Source: Botryllus schlosseri
Lineage: Eukaryota
DNA length: 64,000 nucleotides
Direction: 5' to 3'
NCBI GenBank assembly: GCA_051294905.1
Contig: CM119372.1
Location: 186,001-250,000 of the forward strand
Positions 39,045-51,831 of the stretch are shown one piece after another. The stretch's first letter is position 1; each line of letters begins with the position of its first letter. The notes under the pieces are model-generated. The model worked only from the letters and a program-made list of their open reading frames with translations. It made no database searches and was not told where the DNA came from. The position numbers were made by a program, and so were the translations under genes.

Positions 39045-40301
39045 CAGGGGTTCTCAGCCCTTGATTGGCCGTGGCCCATTTTCCGGTTTGAAAATGTGCT
39101 GTGGCCCACCTCTTATTTTGGAGTCATAATCCTGTTCAATGCGTGGTAATCGACTGCACCGATATGCCTATTTCTCTAAAATATGCGCATTTTTCTATTA
39201 ATTTACTGATAATATTTAAATGTAGTGTAGACCTCTCGGCCTAGTCAATCGCGCGAAGCGCGACAAAAATTCTCAAGTCGAATAAATATCCTCCAACAAA
39301 CGACCAACGAAATAATCTTGGGCCCTTCGAGGTCCCGCAATCGGGGTATGGGTGTAGCAGTTACGGCCTTGCTAGATCATTGGCTGAAACCCCTGTGTAT
39401 ATTATAATCGTCCGCTGCTCCATTTGCATCGCGAAACACAGTGATCAAATCCATGCACCCACTGTGTGATTGGGATTTTAGTTCCACTATTGTGGGGAAT
39501 AACATAATCATTATGGGCCAGCTTCAAACAATTCATTTGTGAATGGGGTATACTACAGAGAAGTGGAGAAAGATTTTTTAATATGCATGCAATAACACAT
39601 CTTGTACCAAACCAACTGAAGTTGCGATGTCAGAATATTCAATCCAATGATACAATCAATTCATGTGGCTCTTATATTATGTACGATGATATCAGGGCGG
39701 ACATTTTAAAACAACTCCAAATATTAATGCGCTCCGCTAAATCCTCAATCCATTACGATCCGTTACGGTGGTGCAGTATACCTCCACCAGAAGTTGCTAA
39801 TAATTTGCAATTACGGCTATTTTTATCTTACAATATTACGACTTGCCTTAGTAGCATACAGTAAATCAATACATCAATTACACTTCATTCCGAGTTTATT
39901 GGACACCCCTTTCAACGGCATACGACATATGCCCCAGCCCCTGCCGGAATACTTGGTTACTTCAGCATACCAGCCTTTCAGTTATTATATACTCGAAATT
40001 ATTTTAGTGGCTGTTAGCCGTAGGTTGCCATAGCCAGTTGAAAAAGCCACCGTTTCTCCCTCCCGTTTTGGACTTGTACATGCTGACGCCATACGTACCA
40101 CTACGTGTCATCAGAGTCGGGTGAAAAGCTTTACGTATAGCCTACGTATAATTCAATAATATGAATAAATTTTTAGCGATTAACGTGACAAATATAACTA
40201 AACTTACGTTAACTCTAAAATTTTCTAAATAGCTTTGTGGCCCACCTCAAATGCTCCTGTGGCCCACCAGTGGGCCATGGCCCACCCTTTGAGAACCCCT
40301 G
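39045..40301. mobile_element. Non-autonomous hAT element in the left arm of the palindrome
   Basis: TIRs CAGGGGTTCTCA...TGAGAACCCCTG; 8-bp TSD ATCTAGAC. Confidence 0.9.
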
Positions 40302-40519
40302 ATCTAGACCGAGCAAGTTAGTTAATGACCATGATTGTGTTTGTCATATGCGAATGATAGGGTTACTGTCAAATCTACATACAACAACCTTCTGGCACTC
40401 ATAATAGCGATTTCATTCTCTCCCTTCGTAGTCATATACCCCCAACTCGGCTTTTTTGTTCATCGACAGCTGCGTTTAACAAGACCAACGACACTGAACC
40501 CACGACGTTTACCTATGTA

Positions 40520-41000
40520 AAATTACCACTTTCACTTGGCAGTCCGTCGTTTACCTGGATAAACATATCATTTTCACTTGGAAATCTATTTTTTCCCTGG
40601 GTAACAAACCTTTTTCACTTGGAAGCATATGTTTTCCCTGAGCAACAAACCATTTTCACTTGGAAATATATTTTTCCCTGAGCAACAAACCATTTTCACT
40701 TGGCGGGCCGTCGTTTACCTGAGTAAAAATATCATTTTCGTTTGGACATCTGACGTTTACCCAGTGTAACAATACATTCTCACTTGGCCATCTAACTTTT
40801 CCCAGAGTAATAATACATTTTCACTATGAAATCTGACATTTCCCTGAGTAACAATACCGTTTTTACTTGGAAACCTATTTTTTCCCTGGGTAACAAACCA
40901 TTTTCACTTGGAAATATATTTTTCCCTGAGTAATAATCCATTTTCGCTTGGAGATGTGGTGTTTACCTAAGTAAAAATACCGTTTTCGTTTTGAAATCTG
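40520..41000. repeat. ~40-bp minisatellite, ~12 degenerate units (mirror at ~43022-43502)
   Basis: Example unit CATTTTCACTTGGAAATATATTTTTCCCTGAGCAACAAAC (40651-40690), repeated head-to-tail. Confidence 0.85.
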
Positions 41001-43720
41001 ACAACCACACACATCAATTTGGTATTTGCTGTATTGGCGAAAGTTTGAAATAGATTACAACGAACAGTGACGAAAATATACACGACAACCGGTTTCAGAG
41101 TATACTCGCGTCGGTAGCAACACATCTATATCATCGGTTAACCACACGAAATAACAATATACTCTTGTATATCGAAATGTATGCTTTGGAAAATGACGAA
41201 TATTGTATGTCCTGATGTGTGTGTGTGTGTGTCCGGGTTCGTACTTTAGTTTTTGCACAGAGTCCATACGTCCGAATAAAACACCACCTCGACTTTGGTA
41301 CCTGGTTGGTACATGGATAACGGCGGTCGGAAATCGACGAATTTAGGTTCTCGTCGTGCTAATAGCTCCGGGCTACTTGTGATTTTCCTCACACATGTTT
41401 ACTATATTGTGTCACTCTTTATTGGTCAATACATATCCCACCGCTCAGTCTAAAATCGGAAACCCGAGAAAGTATTAACCGGATCCGGATATCAACTCTG
41501 AATCAAAAAAACCAATGAAACATGGTACACCCCGTGTTTCCATGAAAATAACAAGACATTACACATCAAGTATACTTCACGATTGTTCATAGATACCAAG
41601 TATTCGCGTAAACGAGGTGTACATACATCATGGATAACATCATGGCCGGCATTACAAGCATCATGGACGACAAATTCATGTTCTCAAGTCTCATACATGA
41701 ACCGACTCTGTACATTCAATGTGGGGGGTAGATGACTTGGAGACAGACAAACACACATATTTGACCGTAACATGATCTTAGTATGAACCGACATGTATTC
41801 AACTTGGAGAAAAATGAGTAGCACCGTATTTCACCGAGATTGCATCTCCTTTCGTGGTTCACATCTTGATCTACCCCTTCACAAGGTAGTTCGGATTCTC
41901 AGACGGATTTACATCGTGTATCAGGAACTCCGAGTATAGTAAAGGCGGGATATGTAGTTTAATTACTTACTCACTACCCTGTATGTTTGTGATGGTCATA
42001 CCCTGCAAACTTTTTTGCTGATAACGTAGTGTTTCACCTTACATCAGTTGGTTCAATGTATGTACCGGGTTGTGAAAGGTGTAGCAGAATATCATGTCCA
42101 TCCGTTTTACCACCCGCATCTTGTCTGTGTCTTAGCACTAAAGGGTGAGGATGGAGAAATCTGCGGGTGGTAAAACGGATGGACATGATATTCTGCTACA
42201 CCTTTCACTTTTCTCCAAGTTGAATACATGTCGGTTCATACTAAGATCATGTTACGGTCAAATATGTGTGTTTGTCTGTCTCCAAGTCATCTACTCCCCA
42301 CATTGAATGTACAGAGTCGGTTCATGTATGAGACTTGAGAACATGAATTTGTCGTCCATGATGCTTGTAATGCCGGCTATGATGTTATCCATGATGTATG
42401 TACACCTCGTTTACGCGAATACTTGGTATCTATGAACAATCGTGAAGTATACTTGATGTGTAATGTCTTGTTATTTTCATGGAAACACGGGGTGTACCAT
42501 GTTTCATTGGTTTTTTTGATTCAGAGTTGATATCCGGATCCGGTTAATACTTTCTCGGGTTTCCGATTTTAGACTGAGCGGTGGGATATGTATTGACCAA
42601 TAAAGAGTGACACAATATAGTAAACATGTGTGAGGAAAATCACAAGTAGCCCGGAGCTATTAGCACGACGAGAACCTAAATTCGTCGATTTCCGACCGCC
42701 GTTATCCATGTACCAACCAGGTACCAAAGTCGAGGTGGTGTTTTATTCGGACGTATGGACTCTGTGCAAAAACTAAAGTACGAACCCGGACACACACACA
42801 CACACATCAGGACATACAATATTCGTCATTTTCCAAAGCATACATTTCGATATACAAGAGTATATTGTTATTTCGTGTGGTTAACCGATGATATAGATGT
42901 GTTGCTACCGACGCGAGTATACTCTGAAACCGGTTGTCGTGTATATTTTCGTCACTGTTCGTTGTAATCTATTTCAAACTTTCGCCAATACAGCAAATAC
43001 CAAATTGATGTGTGTGGTTGTCAGATTTCAAAACGAAAACGGTATTTTTACTTAGGTAAACACCACATCTCCAAGCGAAAATGGATTATTACTCAGGGAA
43101 AAATATATTTCCAAGTGAAAATGGTTTGTTACCCAGGGAAAAAATAGGTTTCCAAGTAAAAACGGTATTGTTACTCAGGGAAATGTCAGATTTCATAGTG
43201 AAAATGTATTATTACTCTGGGAAAAGTTAGATGGCCAAGTGAGAATGTATTGTTACACTGGGTAAACGTCAGATGTCCAAACGAAAATGATATTTTTACT
43301 CAGGTAAACGACGGCCCGCCAAGTGAAAATGGTTTGTTGCTCAGGGAAAAATATATTTCCAAGTGAAAATGGTTTGTTGCTCAGGGAAAACATATGCTTC
43401 CAAGTGAAAAAGGTTTGTTACCCAGGGAAAAAATAGATTTCCAAGTGAAAATGATATGTTTATCCAGGTAAACGACGGACTGCCAAGTGAAAGTGGTAAT
43501 TTTACATAGGTAAACGTCGTGGGTTCAGTGTCGTTGGTCTTGTTAAACGCAGCTGTCGATGAACAAAAAAGCCGAGTTGGGGGTATATGACTACGAAGGG
43601 AGAGAATGAAATCGCTATTATGAGTGCCAGAAGGTTGTTGTATGTAGATTTGACAGTAACCCTATCATTCGCATATGACAAACACAATCATGGTCATTAA
43701 CTAACTTGCTCGGTCTAGAT

Positions 43721-44977
43721 CAGGGGTTCTCAAAGGGTGGGCCATGGCCCACTGGTGGGCCACAGGAGCATTTGAGGTGGGCCACAAAGCTATTTAGAAA
43801 ATTTTAGAGTTAACGTAAGTTTAGTTATATTTGTCACGTTAATCGCTAAAAATTTATTCATATTATTGAATTATACGTAGGCTATACGTAAAGCTTTTCA
43901 CCCGACTCTGATGACACGTAGTGGTACGTATGGCGTCAGCATGTACAAGTCCAAAACGGGAGGGAGAAACGGTGGCTTTTTCAACTGGCTATGGCAACCT
44001 ACGGCTAACAGCCACTAAAATAATTTCGAGTATATAATAACTGAAAGGCTGGTATGCTGAAGTAACCAAGTATTCCGGCAGGGGCTGGGGCATATGTCGT
44101 ATGCCGTTGAAAGGGGTGTCCAATAAACTCGGAATGAAGTGTAATTGATGTATTGATTTACTGTATGCTACTAAGGCAAGTCGTAATATTGTAAGATAAA
44201 AATAGCCGTAATTGCAAATTATTAGCAACTTCTGGTGGAGGTATACTGCACCACCGTAACGGATCGTAATGGATTGAGGATTTAGCGGAGCGCATTAATA
44301 TTTGGAGTTGTTTTAAAATGTCCGCCCTGATATCATCGTACATAATATAAGAGCCACATGAATTGATTGTATCATTGGATTGAATATTCTGACATCGCAA
44401 CTTCAGTTGGTTTGGTACAAGATGTGTTATTGCATGCATATTAAAAAATCTTTCTCCACTTCTCTGTAGTATACCCCATTCACAAATGAATTGTTTGAAG
44501 CTGGCCCATAATGATTATGTTATTCCCCACAATAGTGGAACTAAAATCCCAATCACACAGTGGGTGCATGGATTTGATCACTGTGTTTCGCGATGCAAAT
44601 GGAGCAGCGGACGATTATAATATACACAGGGGTTTCAGCCAATGATCTAGCAAGGCCGTAACTGCTACACCCATACCCCGATTGCGGGACCTCGAAGGGC
44701 CCAAGATTATTTCGTTGGTCGTTTGTTGGAGGATATTTATTCGACTTGAGAATTTTTGTCGCGCTTCGCGCGATTGACTAGGCCGAGAGGTCTACACTAC
44801 ATTTAAATATTATCAGTAAATTAATAGAAAAATGCGCATATTTTAGAGAAATAGGCATATCGGTGCAGTCGATTACCACGCATTGAACAGGATTATGACT
44901 CCAAAATAAGAGGTGGGCCACAGCACATTTTCAAACCGGAAAATGGGCCACGGCCAATCAAGGGCTGAGAACCCCTG
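43721..44977. mobile_element. Mirror copy of the same hAT insertion in the right arm
   Basis: Reverse complement of 39045-40301; TSD GTCTAGAT. Confidence 0.9.
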
Positions 44978-46509
44978 GTCTAGATCAATGCAAAAGAGAT
45001 GATTCGTTTTTTTTTTTTTGAAACCGTAGCGAAGACCACATGTAAATCTATGCGATAGACTTCTATCTCCTTACATTCAGTTGTGTCGTGTCCATTTTAA
45101 TACGGGCCCCACGTGTATGACATGCACACACTAACACCGTAAACAGAAGTCGATGATTTTGATTAATAAAAATATTTCTTGACTACGTCGGAATGTCTAT
45201 GTTGTAGAAAGTACATACTTTTATGGAGTTGTGTGTTTAATGAAAGCGATTGGTTACAAGTATGTGTTGGGGAAAGAAAATTTATTTTTCTGTATGTGAC
45301 GAAATGAAAATAGATTCGTGGTTTTAATTGAATTGTGACTGTGTTGTTTTAATGTACGTTTCAGCAGGTAGACTTGACACTGAACAACAATTCGACTCAC
45401 AAAAAATGTTTGTTGTATGATTTGTCACTGGTGCGCAAAGGGTTAGGAATATTTTTGTATGATAATATCTTCTAGCTGTTTTGTTGTGAGGGCAATCATG
45501 TGATGACTCAGCACTTTTCGTTAGCAAAGTAGATTGATCTATGTGAAAGATGTAAGGACCGTGACTAGAAAACATATGTACTTTCTTGTTGGAGTAGCTG
45601 ATTTACTGCTATGGCGTTGACATAACCCTCTGGAAGTGACTATGCTTTTCTTTCACGAAAGTTTACGTGGCTCGTTGTAATAAATTTGCGTTAACTAAAC
45701 TCGGATGGATACCGCAATTGTGCTGGACTTACACATGGTATTCGCATACTGTGCACATACAAACTTTTGTGTAAACAACTCTGATGTTTCTGTTCGTACT
45801 AGTTCTGTGTTGAACTATTTGATTATTAAGATACATGAACACCCATTCAGACAATAAAGTTCTTGTGATATCGAAACAGTTTGAAAGCACCACCGATCAT
45901 TGTACAGGTTTGTAGCATGGGAATATTTTCATGTGTCATGAATATCTTTCGTATACATTTAGTATGAAATGAGATGTGTGGAACAATAATTAGTGTCGTA
46001 CAAAGTGTTGTGTTTGATTGCCTACTTTTTATCAATGTCTTTGTGATGTTAAAAGACGGCTGAGTTTTCATTTACATTAAGCGGGGACACTCAAGTAATG
46101 AATTTTACTCGTTTGAAAATATCGATCAATGGAGTAACAGTATCAATATGAGTGGTATATTATTTTTTCGCGATATGCAACCAATCTTCCAAGCATAACT
46201 TGTCAAAAATTTATCATGTCATAGTCGGTTGTTACGAATTCGAAAGAAATGTACTTCGATTATCACGATGATGGAAATTAAGATCAATGCAGTATTTCGG
46301 AGATGGGTGTGTATCGTCTGGTATGTTCCCCAATCACTAAATGTCGGTTAGTTAAACGATACATTTACAAGTTTACCGAAATCTTGATTTACAAATAACA
46401 GCTTGATGATGTAAAGCTCAACCACGCAAATGTGTTCATTGCAAAGTATTTGACACAAACAAAATATCGTTTGGAGACCATCACATTGGTTTCATTTCGA
46501 GTGAGTGAA

Positions 46510-48260
46510 AATTGTTTTCTGTTGGCCAGGTAGGACTCATTTGACAAACATCGTACACATTGTATCTTCGTGATGGTAACGACTTTGAGCGGCTTGGTTT
46601 CATGTCAGGAATTATTATTTGAGGGTTCAAGAACAATTTCAATCAATACTACAAATGAACAACAATGCAAAACACGTTTAGCAAATAACAGTGTAGCAAG
46701 TACTTTTTTGATATTACGATTGTTGTGCACCAGACATTTCTAACTGAATTGGATGCATCTAACAAACATATCACAATTTACTTTGGTAATGATCAAAGTA
46801 TGTGAAATGGTGCGAACGGATTAGGTATTATTCAAGCGGCGGTATGCCAATTCACCTAGTGTGATATCTTGACATCGTGTAATGCGCGAAAGTGTTTCAA
46901 TTCTCACCGCGGATTATGATGATAAAGTATTGTACCGGTTGTTTATCAGCAAACTAAATTGTTGTTTCATCTTTAGTCTTGGGTACTGGAAACAATTACA
47001 TTTGTAAAATATTTGCTGATATCCGCAATACGCAGAGTGATTTGTACCAACACGGAATATCTTCCAAATCAAGAACATTTCAGACAAGTATAGTTTTACA
47101 AATCAATATGTTAATAACAATGTTTCCGAAAAGTTTGTTGCTGTCATAACTTTCAACACAACGCGGGTCTAATTAACGCGAATAATTTAATAATCAAGTC
47201 GTGATCAACTATTACATACGTCAAATCAATGTGTCAATCCTTATGTTTACATCATGATAATTTTCAATATAACACCTGCGTTCGATTGTAAGAAATGAAT
47301 TCTCAACATGTTGGGCAGACTTTCAAATCTCGCATACTCAAACATATTATGTTAATCTCAAGTCGCCGGCGCCGAGAAGTAATTACTTTTATCTTACAAA
47401 ATATACCGCATAGTAATTTCTTTGTCTCGCAGAATAGTAACGACTTTTACAGTTGAACAAAAAAGACGAGTTGACGGTATATGTCTAAAACCGAACTTGC
47501 TATGGATTTTAGATTGTGGCGATTGTATGGACTCGTGTATGCTTGACTGTTTTCATACTGATACTGTTTGAGTTGATTGGGTGAGTTACAAACGATTTAC
47601 TTGACTAGGTTTTTCCTTGTTGGCTTTTTGGAGTATGGTAAGATGGTAAGATGTCGAGACGTAATACTATTTCCGTTAACTCAATTGCAACGAAAAAATA
47701 ACCAGATAGCTTGTACAAGGTTTCGACAAATAGATGGAAATATTCCGATTTAACTCATCGTGTCGCAACTCGATCGCGGTATGTACAAGTGGTTGTCAAG
47801 TAAGAAATATTTACAACAGGTGCTATTTCATTGATTGATTCTATTGTGTGTAGTAACACATTTGAATATCATGATAGTATAGTGAAATTATTTACTGAAA
47901 CTCTATTTGACAAACGGAAAACTCAGTCGTGAATAGAGTTGTATGGTCATTACTTGTTTCAAATCAACATGCGCATAATCTCTAAATATGTATGGGTTGA
48001 AAGTTGGTAGTCATGTTTGTCAATCTATTGCAATTCAGACTATGTCAAAGTCCAAATATTTCATTTTGGGTGATCTCAATTTACCTTTAGTACATCTCGC
48101 GAGTGGATTCCGACGCCGTACTATAACATTCTTAATAATACAGGTTCGAGGATTTTCATGATAGAGTTGACAAGTGATAAGATGCGTGTTTGTATTAAGA
48201 GTTTGATTTGAAGTTGACAACGACAATAACTGTATAATGCACATACTTGTGATTCTTGAT
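46510..48260 (+). pseudogene. Probable heavily decayed protein-primed family B DNA polymerase (pPolB), right arm
   Basis: By-eye motif remnants in the expected order: NCFLLA (46510), FEGSRTISIN (46618) and ILTADYD (46900), these three in one frame; then DFYS (47442), WILDCGDCMDSCMLD (47503), LNMYG (47982), TCDS (~48245). Compare Polinton pPolB motifs CFLWA, FExxNxISIN, VIYADFE, FYS, W...GEYxDLY..D, NSxYG and TDTDS. Many stops, frameshifts and deletions. Confidence 0.45.
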
Positions 48261-51200
48261 TCTTGTAGAGTTATAGTTGGTATTGATTCTATAGGCGTGA
48301 AAACAGCGGCGCGAATGTGTGAATAATTCAATGTGACTGAAAGTCGGCGTCAGTAATATTCAGGTTACGATCGAATCAAAAGATCACGTTAAAAAGATTT
48401 CTCAAATTAATTAGAATTGTACCGGATTAACACATTCAGATACGAATCAACTTGAGCTGTGTAGTAAGTTTCATTTCAAGTTGTCAAATTGATACATTGC
48501 TTGAATATTCGCATGATTCTTGTCATACAACTAAAGTGAACGTGAAACATATAGCGATCGCGGAAAGTATCAAATCTTGGATATTCAAGTCACCGTCTGC
48601 GACGGTTCTGTTATTCGGTGCTTATTACTTAATAGGTAATATTCATATTATATCAGACTCGTGAAATCCAGTTCTGCACCAAACTACCAACATATTACAT
48701 TGTAGCGATTGCAATGTATGTAACCACAAGTCACGAGAGATGGTTATGTCTTATAGGTGTTATCTTGTGAGCGATCGTAGGATTTTAGAATTATTTCGCA
48801 CCTTTTTGAATAAGCGTACACTTCACAAAGGATTAGGGTTAGAGTAGAAATAAGTGACAATTTGTCGCTATTCAAGTTACCGACACTGGCGGTCTGTTAT
48901 TCGTTACTTATTAAATCTTTACGAGTTCTGTGACAAACTGCTTACGAAAATTTCACCGCGTGAGCGATCGATATGCCTGTAACATCAAGTCGCGTATGTC
49001 TGAGACATTATCTTGTCAGCGATCGCCTGGTTTGCAAACTATTTCACACCTATTTGGAGTGTTAATATGTGAACGCGGCTATTGTTGGTATTGGAAGCGC
49101 CGGTTATGTGACAAACTTATTACCAAAATATTACTTGTGCGTGATCCCTATCTTTGTAACATCAAACCACGAGAGATGACTATTCTGATGTGCTATCTTG
49201 TGAGTGGTCGTAGGAAATATTTCACACCTTTTTGGAGTGTTAGTATGTGAACGCGGCTATTGTTGGTATTCGAATCGTCGTCGTCTACACCGGCTCTGTG
49301 GTAAACTAAATAGCAAAACATTACCATGCGACTGATTCGAAAATTGCGCTATCGCGGTGAAGTCACGACTGTGAACAGCAGACTATTCTGTAGGTGCGAA
49401 ACAGCGGTATACAAGGTGCGAATAATCCGATCGGAAAGTACTATTCAGGTTACGTAGGAATCAATAGCGAGGAAAGACTTAGAACACGATCGGTCATTTG
49501 TCACGACTAAACTATATCATATATAATAATTTACGATATACACATTAACAAAGGTTCATTCACATGACTATTTACTTGATACATATTCAACACCGTGCGA
49601 CAGTTGCCTATACCCGAAAGGGCGATATGTCGACGCATCCATAAGAACACATGGCGAATGCGACCACGAGTTTCCATGCGATGTGCGAGAGATGCCTATA
49701 CCTAAAAGTGCGATGTGCCAACACGAGTTTTCCATGCGATGTGCGAGAGATGACTATACCTGAAAGTGCGACATGCGAACGCACCCATAAGAACCAATGG
49801 CGATGTGCCAGCGGAAGGGGGGGGTCTAAAAGCGCGATATGCCAACACGAGTTTCGCGGCGACATGCGAGCGGGCCCATAAGAGCCCATGTTAGTTCGCG
49901 ACCGATCATACCTACTACTCACGAATCATCAACGGGTCATGTTTTATCATCATGATCTAGAAATGTGTCGTAATAGTTGATCATTTACCGCAAGGTAGCT
50001 TTTAAAAGTGAAAGTGAAGTCTGTTGAGATTTCAGTAATTTTTATAATAGTTTGAGGGTGAACTTTCAGTTCTTATATCTAAAAAAGATATATGGCACTT
50101 CAATATATTGTTGAATACTTAAAATTCCAAAATGCCGCCGCGGGCCGCACAAAATGCTCTCGCGGGCCGCGTGTTTGAGACCTCTGGCCTACAGCATGTA
50201 AATAGGGTTACCATATTTTGGAATCGGGAAAGGAGGACAAATTTAAAGACATTTTAAAAAACCCAAAAAAGGAGGACAAATCCTCCTAAAGGAGGACGTA
50301 CCTTACACGTAAATAAGAGGCATGCACACTGAATAAAATAAAGGATAATATAAAAGTAAGCTACACAAAGGAATGCTGCATGCATGACTTGTGCGTTGGA
50401 ACCTTGTAATTGGCGAAACCGTGGATTAGGAGTAGCGTAAAATTAGATTTACTGGAGTAAGTACGGTAAATAAGGAAATACTTTTGAGTACTTCAAAAAA
50501 GTAGAAATACTCGAGTAGGTGTTGCCTACTTGGACTGTCTCCTCAAGTGATTTTGAGTTTAGACAACTTCTACTTCACAGTTTTTGTTTTTTAGCTAAAA
50601 CTAGGCCTAGCGTTGGGACCCCGGGAAATCCCGATCCCGGGATCCCGGGATTTGAAGCAATCCCGATCCCGGGATTTGTGAACAGCATCTACCAAGGCCA
50701 TATCTCTTAATTTGGTAATAAAGCAGTGTCCCAAACTCGGCTGATTGTCTAGAACAGTGGCCTCAAACACGCGGCCCGCAAGAACTGTTTTTGCGACCCA
50801 CGTCGGCGTTTTGACTTTTCAAGCATTCGACAATATTAAACTCGAAAATTTCAGATTTCGAATTTGAGAACTTGAAATTTCATTCTGAAACCACTCCAAA
50901 AACCTGAATCGCTGTCACACATCAAACGTCCACTAGCTTCTAAATTATAATGCGACAGCTTTTACGATGACACGATGCATTTGTCGTCTCGCATGGTTTC
51001 TAACTGTCTATATAACTCCTTATGTCGCCAAATTATGCCAAGCACAACAATATGTTTAAAAAAATATTGAAAAATATGACTTTTTCGTGGCAACCGTGAA
51101 TATTACAATAGTGTATTACATTTTCACAATGTGTGTGGAATGCCAATCTGCAAGGTCCGACAAAAAAGGCGTACTGGGAAACACATATTATACCAATATT

Positions 51201-51831
51201 TGATGCTGCTGCCCGCCGCGTCATCAAAAACTACGAAATTGGCCCGCGATAAAATTGAAGTTTGGGACCCCTGATCTAAATGATGATACTATTGATGCTC
51301 TTATGTTTTGCGTCAATTCAATATCACAAGGACTAAATGTTATTTGTGTAACTTGTATGTCTATTTTACTACTTTTCTAATCCCGGGAAATCCCGGGATT
51401 GTGGAGCGAAAATCCCTGGAAATCCCGATCCCGGGATTTCAAATTTGTTCCCGAAGTCCCAACCCTCAGCGAGTGAAAGAAATTTGTTTTGGTTATTTTT
51501 TATCGATACTCACGAATGACTAAATGTTAAACATTTGCACACCCAAAATTACGGAATTTGCAAATTTATAGTTCAAAAGCCTCGCACCTGTGGTAGCGTA
51601 ATTCATCATGAACAGCTCATAATTTAAAATAGCATTCGACTACTACGAGCTATTGTCGCGCTTATTCCCAAAATCTAAATATTATTAATGCCAGATCACC
51701 AGGATACCCTCAACATCGCCAAGCAATGTTAAATTCTCATTTGTTACGTACAATGACATCGCAGTGAAACAATAGACTGCGAGATGGGGGTCGAAACATC
51801 CGATTTCACATTTGAAACCCCGTTTTTTTTA

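Larger units (their letters stand above)
34104..49919. mobile_element. Non-autonomous Polinton/Maverick-derived element forming a 15.8-kb near-perfect palindrome
   Basis: Ends AGTAGTAGGTATGATCGG...CCGATCATACCTACTACT; 6-bp TSD CACGAA at 34098-34103 and 49920-49925. 34104-41813 is the reverse complement of 42209-49919, and the ORF track shows identical mirrored ORFs. An inner 47-bp inverted repeat lies at 42072-42118/42162-42208. Confidence 0.85.
32871..50186. mobile_element. Non-autonomous hAT element hosting the Polinton-like palindrome
   Basis: TIRs CAGAGGTCTCAAAC / GTTTGAGACCTCTG; 8-bp TSD GCCTACAG at 32863-32870 and 50187-50194. It splits a LINE-3'-type repeat that resumes after 50194. 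Confidence 0.85.

Noticed and set aside
40520..41000. CRISPR-like array
   Set aside because: The units are degenerate along their whole length with no unique spacers, there are no cas genes, and the context is eukaryotic.
34775..49250. Mirrored 60-106 aa ORFs in the palindrome as real genes
   Set aside because: They have no recognisable motifs, and their duplication is simply a result of the inverted repeat; several are antisense to the putative pPolB relic.
34104..49919. The giant palindrome as a sequencing or assembly fold-back artefact
   Set aside because: It has a perfect 6-bp TSD, element-like termini, collinear host-element halves on both flanks, true substitutions between arms and an asymmetric apex. 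Read-level confirmation is still advisable.
51587..51620. Candidate first exon of the minus-strand gene
   Set aside because: MMNYATT ends in phase 1 whereas the exon at 30815 needs phase 2; unsupported without transcripts.
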